A DNA stretch of 63,971 nt, filler included, from Reclinomonas americana ATCC 50394 (lineage: Eukaryota): the NCBI GenBank assembly GCA_048213135.1. It is 9 parts of 9 records of this genome, joined end to end, with 100 filler letters (N's around TTAATTAATTAA, not from the genome) between each part and the next. Parts side by side here need not be neighbours in the genome. Positions count along the whole stretch, not along the records: positions 24,028 to 44,459 come from AFZH01018432.1; 8 more parts are not named here. One strand, written 5' to 3'. Position numbers and translations under genes: made by a program. A model generated the notes under the pieces. The model saw only the letters and a list, made by a program, of their open reading frames with translations, did no database searches and was not told the origin of the DNA. Below, piece after piece: positions 26,321-37,000 of this stretch (position 1 is its first letter; each line of letters opens with the position of its first letter).

Positions 26321-26386
26321 GAATGCCCCGAAGCAATGTCCTCTCAGTCTGTGTCCTCAGTCTGTGCTCTGTGTGCGTGAGAGAGA
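26321..26386. promoter_or_regulatory. 66-bp bidirectional promoter (ERCC8 / DIS3L) containing TGTCCTCTCAGT
   Basis: Head-to-head ATGs at 26320 and 26387. The motif is shared with 10799-10810. Confidence 0.6.
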
Positions 26387-29300
26387 ATGCTGAAGCAGCT
26401 GAAGCTAGCGCGCAAGAACAAGCGCGGTGGCGTGTCGCAGCTGCTGCGTGAGCACTACTTTCGCGATGACATTGCGTGCGACAGCGCCTTGTGCCCAGCA
26501 GGGCGGTGAGACATCCGCTCTCTCTGTCTCTCCCCCCGTGCATTCGACCTCACACTCGCGTTTGTCTGGTGTAGTTGCGAGTTCAATCGGCGACTGCTGG
26601 AGAGTGAGGCTTCGCACTATGCCATGCCCGACGTTGATCTGGTGGTGCATTTTCTCGAGTTGTTCGAGCACCCGCGCGTCGCGAATGTCGTGTTCCTGGA
26701 GACGGCTGCTCTGGCTGTTGCGCGCGCGTGTTCCACTGCTTCTCCCCGTCTCTTGCCTTTGTTTGACACGGTGCGATGCAGCTGAAGGATTTGCGAACGC
26801 AACGCAAGTACATGCGCATGAGGTGTGCATGTTTCCTTGGCTTCCGCACAACTCGTGCGTGTTTTTTCTTCTGATCGCCCTGCGCAGAGCTGTGGTCTCT
26901 CATGCCAATCGACACTGCTCGGTGTTCTGCAACGAGCACTTTGAGGCCACGCATGTGCATCGGCAGGTCGGCGAGTCGGAGACGGCGCGTGACTGGCGAG
27001 GTTCGTGAGTGTGCAAGACAGAGAGAGTGCGAGCGTGTGTTGTCGTGTCTCACTCTGGTGATCGGGGGAGCACAGCGGTGCATCGGGCGGCAGTGTGGAT
27101 GTCGGAACACTTGCAGCGACGCATGCCGATTGTGATTGTCACTCGCACGCCCGAGGTGTACTCGTCGTCGCCGGTGCCTGGCGTGACTGTCATGAGTGTG
27201 GGCGACTGGGTGGCGGCCTTTTACGAGAGCATGTCCGTGGAGTTGTCGGCGTTGTATCAGTCGCTGCTGTTGACGCTCGAGTCGAGTCCGGCCGCAGCCG
27301 ATTTTCTGTTTGGCGAACATCTGCCCGAGTCCGTCATTGTTGATGGCGTTCGCGCCGGTCGTTTCCTCTCTGGCGTGATCCACGTCAACCAGTTTCGCCC
27401 GGAAGAGGCATACTTCAAGTCGAACAGCAAGGATCTCGGCGGTGGCGTCGGCAGTGTCGCCGTCGAGGACAAGTCAGTCACCAGCAGCTTGGATCTGTGC
27501 GTGCTGTCGCTCGCCCACTCATCCACCCTCTCACTCGCTCCCTCACTCACTTGTTCGTGTGGCCATAGTGCGCGTGCTGCCAGTGAGGCCGGTAGCGAAG
27601 TGGAGTTTGAGGGCGACGAGGCACCGTCAGTGGCCGTCACTGGCGCCGCCGCTGCCCCAGCAGCCAGCGCGGCTGGTCTCGGCAGGAGCGCAGATTTGGT
27701 CATCCGAGGCGAAGCCAATCGGTCTGTGAGTTGCTTCTCCTCTTAATCGCGATCCACTGACTCACCATCTATTGCCGCCGCCGCCGCCGCTGCTGATCAG
27801 CAATCGTGCCATCCACGGCGATCGAGTGGCAGTGGAGGTCATCGAGGGCGAGAACGGACGGGAGGCACGAGTGGTTGCCATCATGCAGCGCAACTGGAGA
27901 GAATATCCTTGCCACCGTTTCTCGTCTTCCCTTGAAGCTGTTGCCTGTGGAGTGTGTGCACCTTGACTCGGTTCGTTGTCCGAGCCACGTATGTGTGTAC
28001 CATGCAGTTGGACGACCGGATCGACCCACTCGCTGGTGCAGCCGAACCGTTGGTGGAGGCGGTGGAGTCGGTGTCGGCGGCAAACCGGGTGACAGAGGAG
28101 ACAGTCGCGGCATCTGCAACAGAAGCATCGTCGGTGCCGGCAGCCGGGGCCACGTATACGGTGCTGTGTGTGCCGATGGACATGAGAATACCGAAGATCC
28201 GCATTCGCACTCGCCAGGTGCGTGATCTACTCGACCAGCGACTGGTGCTGCGTATTGCGAACTGGTCCAAAGACAGTCGGTGAGCGCGCTCGTTTGTCTT
28301 CGTCGTCATGCACCTTGGTGTGTCACTGAAGCGACGCTACACTCCGCAGGTATCCCGACGGTTTCTACGTGCGAGCGCTGGGGCCCATCGGCAACATCGA
28401 CGTGGAGACGGAGGCGTTGTTGATTGAGCACCAGTTGCGGTCGAATGCTTTGCCGTTCCCGGCTGCGGCGTTGCAGTCGCTCCCGAACCCAGAAACATGG
28501 CGTGTCACCGCTGAGGTGAGGATTTTTCGCTTGACACGCGCTGCGCATCGGCACCGTCACTCATGCAAGGCGCAGGACTTGTCGGAGCGACTGGACATTC
28601 GTGACTCGCACGTGGTGATGAGCATCGATCCAGTTGGCTGTGTCGACATTGACGATGCCATGTCGGTCCGGGTACTGCCGTCGGGAAACATCGAGATTGG
28701 CGTCCGTGCGTTTTTCTTCCGAACGTGCATGCCTCTCACTGTCGATCGGCGACTTATCCCCCTGTCTTTTGCAGACATTGCTGATGTGGCGCACTTTGTG
28801 AAAGAGGGTTCGCCGCTGGATGTGGAGGCGTCGCAGCGCGGTACCACGGTGTACCTCATCGATCGACGACTCGACATGCTGCCAGGAGTGCTCTCATCAG
28901 ATATGTGGCCACACGTCGTCCGACTTGTTGTTGTTGTCGTTGTTGTTGTGCTGCTAACATTTCCAGTGATTGGCATGATTACGTCTGTGCAGCTTGCACT
29001 CGGGCTGCGACCGCTTTGCGGTCAGTGTGTTCTGTGAGTACGACCCCAGCGGACGCAAGTTGCTGTCCACACAATATGCACGAACGGTCCTTCGCAACAG
29101 GTTTTTGTCACCGAGTGCGCTCATGCTGACTGACCCACCTGCTTCGCCGTTGCTGAAAAAAGTGTTGCGCATGCTTGCAGCTACACGCTGGCCTACGAAG
29201 AGGCACACACAGTGGTGTTTTCGCGTTCGCACAAAGATTTCTGCAAGACACCGGCTGGTGCGTTCTCTCCTCTCCCTCTCTCCCTGTTCCATTGCAACTC

Positions 29301-31835
29301 ATTTTCGATGGCGTAGCGGTGGAGGCCACCGGCAAACCGTACGTGCCAAGTGTGTACTCGGCCACCGGTCGCACCAATGTGCTGTCGGAGTTCGTCGCCG
29401 ACGTGGCCAAGTACAACAAAGTGAAGACGGCGATCGAGCACCTGTTCAACATCGGACGACGCATGAGGGCGGATCGCGTCGACCGCGGAGCCATTGAGCT
29501 GGAGAGTCTGCAAGAGATCAAGTTCAAGGTCGAAGGCACTCACGTCACCAACGCTGGCACGTCATTGTGTCTGTCTCGTGGCTGTCCCTCTATCTCTCTT
29601 CTCTCACATCTTTGTCGCCCAGAAATCGAAACCGAGGTGGAGATGCATGAGACGGTGGCCGAGTGGATGATTTTTGCCAATCATGTTGCGTTTGTTTCGT
29701 TGCCTGCCACACTCTCCCAGCTGCTCTGCTCATCGAGTGTGTGGCGCTCGGGATAGGTGGTGGCGGCCCGTTTGTACGACTATTTCCCTGCCAGCGCGCT
29801 GTTGCGTCGACTGGCGAGTCCCGATGAGTCGAACTTTGCCACGCTAGTGGCCACTGCCAAATCTCGCGGGTACGTGCTTATACGCGACACCGTTCTGGTG
29901 CTCGTTGCTGAACAGCTCCGCTCCCTCCACCAGGTTCCACATTCACACACACTCGAGTCGGGCCCTGGCCGAGAGCCTGTCCAAGGTCCATGACGAAACC
30001 GATCCCTACATTCACTTCCTGCTCAAGTCGGTGGCTGCGCGCGCGATGAACGAGGCCGAGTGCGTCGCCTGTCAGCCAGCTAAAAGCCTGTTGTCTGTGT
30101 GGTCTGTTCACGGTGCGATCGCAGGTATATTTCGTCCGGCACTTGTGCACCGTCGGAGTTCTACCATTATGCGCTCGCCCTCAACTTTTACACGCATTTC
30201 ACGTTGCGTTGGGCACGAGAGAGGGAGAGAGAGAGATGCAGAGATGCATGCCAGGCTGACTGACTGACAACGCACGAACGTGTGTAGGTCACCGATTCGT
30301 CGGTACGCCGATGTCATTGTTCACCGCCAGCTGCTGGCGTCCATGGCTGTTGACAAGGCCCGCAGCGAGGCTGAGGTGCACTGCACATTTCAATATTTCG
30401 CACATCTTGTCGGCTCCTTTTACGCGCTGACTTGTCATGTGTAGCTGTCGCCGTTGTGTCGCGACACTCGACTGGTGTCGTCTCACGCGCAACACATCAA
30501 CATTATGAACCGCGCTTCCAAGAACATTCAACGCGACGCCTCCGACTGGTTCAAGTTGCGTGCTTTTTACGTTGCTTGTTTGTTTCACTCTCAGCCGCCA
30601 TCTCATCCAATTGTATTTCTCTTGTTCGCAATGCAGAGCACTGTACTATGCAGGCAAGGAGATTTCCACGCTGGCGATTATCACCGGCATTGGGTCGCAG
30701 GGCACATTCTCCACATTCCTTCCCAAGTGCGTTATCATTCCCTGCTGACGATGCACTGCCAGCTACTGACACATGCGTCACTGCCGTATTCGCAGATCGC
30801 GCGTGCGCGCTCCATTGAGGGTTCTTGATCGCGATGGTAACCTGCCGGACGAAACGCACTTGCCGGCGCGGCAGCCGCGCACCACGCCGACTGTTGAATT
30901 CGATCCAGAGAACGCGACCTCCTGGGTTAGTCTATACACAGTGATTCGGGGAGCGTCCACGTACTTGAGTCTCACGTCCGTATGTGTCGCAGACACTTGC
31001 ATTCGACAATGGTAAGCGGTTCACGTACCGCCTGTTTGACAAGATCTGCGTGCGAGTGCGGTTGAACGAGTCGCGATATCGGAGGTGGGTTGGCACGCAG
31101 CGTCACATGTTCTCACGATTCGCGCGTGCTCATGTCACTCATCCCACATAGGCCATCTGTGGCTCTGCAACTGGCGACGCTGATGAAGAACGCCGACTGC
31201 CAGTCATTTGTGGACGATGCGGGTGTGGAGGATTCACGCGCATTCCTTCCGCAGCGCGCGGTGCAGGAGGCACAAGCACCGACTGTCGATGGACGGAGTG
31301 CCTCCAGCGATGGCGACAGTGTTGCGTGTGTTGCGTTGCGCCCGAGTGGACGACGAGTTACTCACTGTTGGCGATGCAGTCGAACACGGTGTCGTCGACA
31401 TCAGCAGCAGCAGCCGCCGGCGGAGGCAGTGGACGAAAACAAAAAGGCGCGACCGAATCCCCGTACCAGCTGCTGCTTGCACTGTTGACAGAGAGTTGCG
31501 TTACAAAGGCCACAACTGATGCCGTCATTCGTCGCCGCTCATCCGCATATCGCCTCGCAGTGCGTCCCGGATGGCTCATTGACAAGACGCTCCTGCGCGT
31601 ACACGATATGCCACGACAGCGACTGTGCAGTGGATTCTATGCGGAACGACATCGAGAGAAGCTGCGGAAGTGGATTCGCGTGGCTTCACTCTTGATCGAA
31701 CGCATTCGCGGCGGCACGCTGTCGTTGCACAGCATACCCGACTGGCAGCTGTGTCTGGTGGCCAACGAGCCAGTGCTGCGCGCCCGTCTGGCGCGTTGTG
31801 CCGCAGCCCGCACCGTCGGTGGTAGCGGAGACTGA
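26387..31835 (+). CDS. DIS3L: DIS3-like exosome 3'-5' exoribonuclease (RNase II family), about 23 exons
   Basis: REHYFRDDIAC, PIN-like HYAMPD..LE, NRAIHGDRVAVE, PMDMRIPKIRI, SIDPVGCVDIDDAMS, IGVHIADV, RGTTVYL and HFTSPIRRYADVIVHRQL. The PIN residues and the C-terminal SPYQLL look more like DIS3L than DIS3. Confidence 0.88.
27903..27988 (+). other. U12-type (minor spliceosome) AT-AC intron in DIS3L
   Basis: 5' ATATCCTT, branch CCTTGAC at 27961-27967, 3' CAC. Removal gives NWRE-YVCTMQL in frame. Confidence 0.88.
28901..28982 (+). other. Second AT-AC intron in DIS3L with U2-like signals
   Basis: CAG|ATATGT...TGCTAAC...TTAC|GT. Removal restores the conserved MLPGVLSSGLCSL. Confidence 0.7.
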
Positions 31836-31860
31836 CTGGTAAACAGAAACAGCACGTGCG

Positions 31861-33940
31861 CTACGGTGGGTCGGCGAACATTTTCGTAATCTCCGCCGTC
31901 AGTGCCAGCAGCTTCTTGCAGTCCTGATCGACAAACGACGCTGCCTCGTCAGTGATGCGACGAGCCCAGCGCAGCAGGAAGCCACGAGTCGGCTCCACCA
32001 GGTACTTGGTGCCGACCTGCTCACAGCACACCTGCGATGTGAGAGAGGGAGAGACAGAAAGAGACGCACAGATATCAAGTGGCGCACCGTACGAATGCGA
32101 CCAAAGATCAGTGTGGAGACTTGCTGCGGTGGGTCGTAATCGTTGATCCACTCGCGCAGTGCGCGCACCGAGAAGCCATGCTCCGACCACACAGCGCTCT
32201 CCAACTCGTCCAGATCGACCGTGTCCTGCTCCCCCACAACCAACCAACAACAATGAGACACACGGCGCACGCAGCGCGCTCATGAGTGACAACAAAGTGC
32301 GTCACCATATCGAGGTCGGCCATGCCGAGGACCACACGATAGAAACGCTCCAGATAGCCGTACACCAGGTAGCGACAGTACACGCGTCGCACATTCTCCG
32401 GATCGCGCACGCACTCCACCACCAGCCACACCACCGCGCGTGCGCACTTCATCGACTCCACCGCCTCCTCAAAGGTTGCGTCGTCCCAATTGAGAAGCCG
32501 ACGCTGTGCGTGCGATTGAGAAGACAACGAAAGAGGGAGGGAGGAAAGAAAGAGAAAGGGCGCCACGCACCCGATTGATGGCATGCTGCACAATGTCGGC
32601 ATCGGTGGCACGAACGACGTGCGGATTGAAAGAGTCGCAAAGGAGGATTTCCACGCTGTTGTGCGCCGGCTTGTTGATAATGACGGCCACCCAGTGTGCA
32701 TACACGCCAATCATGAGAGCGATGCGGCCAGTGGGGCGGTCGTGCAGCTCACGCAGTGCCGTGTACAGGCGATCCAAGCTGAACAGCTCGACATCACCAC
32801 GCTGACCCCCCCTCTGTAAGCACGCCAATCACCAAGTTGTCTCTCGTCGCAAGCATATCACGCACCTTGAGGCTGAATGGTGAGAACTCCGAGAAAGCTT
32901 GGATGCAGTGTCGCAGGGACGGATGCAGACCGGTGAGTGCACGAACGGCCGAGTCGCCCCGCTCGTCGACGAGGAAATCCACATACGGCCGCTCCATTGT
33001 GCCGTCCTCCACGTCTTGCACGCGCCACTATGCTCACATTGCATGAGAGCGGTGTTTCCCTGCACTGATCAGATGTATGGCACGCACGCACCGGGTTCCC
33101 GTGGTCGCCCTGTCGTTGACACTCGGCACGCAGCTCACCGTGGATGCGATTGAATTCACGCCAGAACTCGCCTCGCATGCGCCACGGTGCACGATCCCCA
33201 TAATGCCGAATGCAGTCACGCAACTGCCCAAAGTGCGGTTCCCCGCTGGCGTCGACAAACATGCCTGCGTTGGTGTGGAGTGGATGAGTGAGGTTGGTCC
33301 GGATCAATGCGTCCAGAACACACACATACGCACGCACCCTCCTCCATGAAACACAAGCAATTGTGCAGTGCATAGTACCCACAATGCCGATTCCGCCGCT
33401 GCCGAAACACCAGCGGTTCCATCAGCAGGAGCGACGAAAGATGCGGACCGGGCTCCAGCTGAATCTCTGCAGACGAACAACACGGAATCAATCTCTCACT
33501 CAGTTCTCTCCTCCTCTCTCTCGCCCTCTCACACACTCACCGGCGACCAACGTGCCCGGCTCAGGCCACAGCATGGATCCATCAGCAATCACCACTGTCG
33601 ATTCTTCGTCGGCATCGCGCGCAATCGCCACTCCCACGAGTTGTTCCAACAAGTGCGCCGCCCACGGTTCCAGTCCATCGGCTGCTGCCGAAGGCCCTGC
33701 CTCCCGCAGGCACTCACCATCGTCGCCATCGCCAGCCTCGACGGCCGCCGCGAAGGAGAAGGTCATGAGCGCGGCCGGCTGCACGAGAATCACTCAGTGA
33801 GATGTGAAACACAGCGTGCGCGCGCTTGTGTGTGCGTGCGTGCACGCAACAGTCATGGCGTACTCCTCCAGCACGGCTGAGCCGCTGACGGTGCGTCGCA
33901 TGGCGTTCGCTTTTGCTTTTGATACCGAACGATGATGCAT
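31861..33940 (-). CDS. Putative papain-fold cysteine protease (Josephin-like C-H-D order); start uncertain
   Basis: FRQRRNRHCGYYALHN (Gln/Cys) followed by AHWVAVIINK...ILLCDSFN (His/Asp). Confidence 0.55.
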
Positions 33941-34059
33941 GCTGCCTGACAAGACAACTCGTCGCACACGACGACATTGAGACGACAAAGCAAAACACGG
34001 CACAGCCACGCACACTGTGAGTTCTTTTTTTGGAGTCATCTGCGGAGAGAGTAGAGCTC

Positions 34060-37000
34060 ATGGACGACGATGACGAGGCTGAGTGGCAACTTCACGGCCA
34101 TTGTGTCGAAGTCGGCGAAGGTCCCGGTCTTGACGTGCATCGCTGCTTCGTATCGTGGAGTGGCCGCCGCTTGCAGGTGCCGGTCTTTGTACGCTGACGC
34201 AAGCCTTCGCTGCCTGGCTGACTGGTTGAGCAGATCTTGCAGTGTGACCTGCTGCAGCATGCAGTGGACGTCGTGGTGAACCCCACCAATGCAAATCTGC
34301 GCTTCGTGAGAGGGAGGCAGGCCACTGTTTCCTCGGCGCTGGCAGAAGCCGGTGGCACGGAGCTCGTCGACAATGCCAAGGCCACGATGCGCAGGGTGCT
34401 GAAAGAGACGGGCCAGAAGCAGCTGCAGCCGGGAGCGGTGCGTCATCGTCGTCGTCGTTGTCTTGTCAGATGCACGTGTGCATCACTGTCGCCACGTGTC
34501 TGTGCGTACAGGCACTGATCGCTCTCGGCGGTGAAACACTGGCCACTCGATGCGGCATCCGCTTCGTCATTCATGCCAGTTGCATACTCTCTCTGCGTGT
34601 CGAAGATAATCAGTGCCTGTGATATTCACGTCGTGTCATCGCTTGGCAGTGGGTCCGTGTTCGGACGCCGACGGAGAGTACGGCGACATTCACCGCACGG
34701 AGGCAGTGTTGGGCATTTGTGTAGCGCGCTGCCTCGACCTGGCCGATCGCAACAGCTGCGGCTCGATCGCATTTCCTGCCATCGGAACTGGATTTGCCAG
34801 TGCGTCGCTCCACACTCTCACTGCTACTTGTATGCCTTCCGTGCTGATGTGTGCGTGTGTGGCGCAGAGTTATCACGCTCTTCTGCGGCCACGGTCATGC
34901 TGCGAACGGTGGCCAAGTTCATCGCACGTTTGCCGGCAACGTCCACGCTCTCCGACATTCGCATCGTGCTGCGCGACGAGGAGGCGACCAGCGTGTTCGT
35001 GCGAGAGGTATGAGTGGTGTGTGCGCACTGCGTGAGCTCGTTGTCGACGCATGCGATGCACATGTTGCTGTGCACACAGTTTGACCGCATCATGACCGTC
35101 CACGCGGTTCCGCATCGACCGCAACCGCCGCCAGTGCCTCGCCTGGACGACCGACGCTCGGAGGTGGAGTGCTTCCGCCGTCTGGCGGGCGACGAGCAAA
35201 CTTCACAGCTGGTGCGCGACATCAACGTGTGGATGCAGAGCCGGCAGCGTGCAGCTTGCATGATGAAGGCCTGTGACTTGATCATGTACTTGCACGCTGA
35301 TGGACATGTTGCGTTTCTGTCTCTGTGGTGCTACTGCGTCGATGTGCATCGATTACCGACGTGCGCTTGCCGTCGCAGTTTAACCAAGCACCGTTGCGCA
35401 ACCGCGCCAGCTTGGCTGCGCCGGCGGTGTCGGAACTCCTGGAGATGGCGAACGAGGCGGCGGCGAGTGCAGACGATGCGCGACGACTACTCGATCGAGA
35501 GGTGTCACTGAACGGCGAAGACAGTGGCGAGGGCAGCTCCGGCGGGCCACGTCAGCGACTCACCGCTGCTGTTCGTGAACTGGGTCAGCGTCGGGCAGCA
35601 TCGTGTCGCCAACTCGTGCAGCGTGGTGAGCAGCTGGATGCCGAGATTACACGTGACAAGGAGCGGATCGAGCGCTGGCGGCTACAAATCGAAGAAGTGC
35701 TTCGTTTGTTCGACGATGCGTTTGGCTTTACTTTTGCTCCTCAACGACTGGCACACAATGGTGGCGACGTTGCAAGTTTCCGTTGATGTTTTCCGCGTGA
35801 TTTCCTCTTCCCTCGCCAACACACTCATCGGCTTCAATCTGCACAGGAGCGTATGCAGTTGCCGATGCCTGGTGTGGTGCACACTTGTCGCGCATCCGCA
35901 AAGTCAGTGAAGATACTCAGTGGCTACTGCCGCGTGCTGGTGTTCAACAGTGGAGCGCTGCCGTCGCCGACGAGAGCGCAGTGTTATCGGCGGTCAGTTC
36001 GCATCCGCAGCGCCTGTGTGCTTTTTTTGTTCCTGCTCACACTGCTCTCTCCCTCTCTCTTCTCCTGCACAGTCCCTTGCGGATACCGCACAAGTCGAGT
36101 GCATCTATGCAGCACTGCATGCAGTGATCACTGAGGTCTGTGGCACCCGTACTGTTCGCTGCTCATGCCAATTGCTAATGTTGCCGTGATTGGGTCTTGT
36201 GTGTGTATGTGTGTAGATTGCCGCCACCATGGCACAGCTGGAAGAGCTGCGCCAAGAGAACCACGACAAGCTCGAGCAGCACCGCCGAGTGCTGCAGGTC
36301 CGGCAACAGTTTGCGGAGCGAGATCTCCAGATTGACATGTTGCTGGCGCAGCGGCGTCGCCTGATGACATCAGAAGTGAGTTCTTGTCGCATGCTGCACT
36401 ATTCCAGCGCCGATCACTTCGTTACGCTTTCCTTTTTTAACCTCAAATGCAGGACTCTGACGACGCTTCGGTGGCAGAGCTAACGCGCCAGATTGATGAA
36501 CTGCGGCAACTGTCGGCAGAAGCCAAGCAGGCTGCCACGGAACCAGACTTGCAGCACGCCGATCATTTGCTGGTACTGCACGTAATGGGGAAAAGATGAC
36601 TTTGCTGGCGTGAGGCTCACGATTGTGGTGCGTTTGTCGTCGCAGTTGTCGCATCGACTGTTGGAGTTGCTGCCGGCGCATCAGACCTACAGCAGTCTCT
36701 TTCCGAATATCGTCTTGCTCGCCGACCTGCAGCTGGTGCGTGTGCTTGTGTGTGTGCGTGCAGAGGAGGAGTGAGTGTCCCTGCTTGTTAACGGTGCGTA
36801 CAAAGCAGCAAGAACACTTGCGGTCGTCTGACACTCTTCGCCACTCTCGTTCTGCGGCGTTTGTGTGTCCGGAGAGTGCGGCCTTGTCGCCGCCTGTAGC
36901 ACTCTTCAGAAGCAACGTATGTGCCGCCATGGAAGGCGTTGGCGACGTGTGCAACCTGTGTCACTTGGTCGACAATCTGCTGCGCGATCTGCCACCAGGC

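Noticed and set aside
29200..29316. Apparent non-canonical ...TGCAA acceptor giving QLIFDG in DIS3L
   Set aside because: A canonical G|GTGCGT...GTAG intron (about 29258-29316) keeps the frame, so no exotic site is needed.
10837..35100. Sirtuin plus Macro domain as a SirTM-like ADP-ribosylation module
   Set aside because: They are about 22 kb and three gaps apart with unrelated genes between, and the sirtuin keeps the deacylase-type catalytic His (EIHG).
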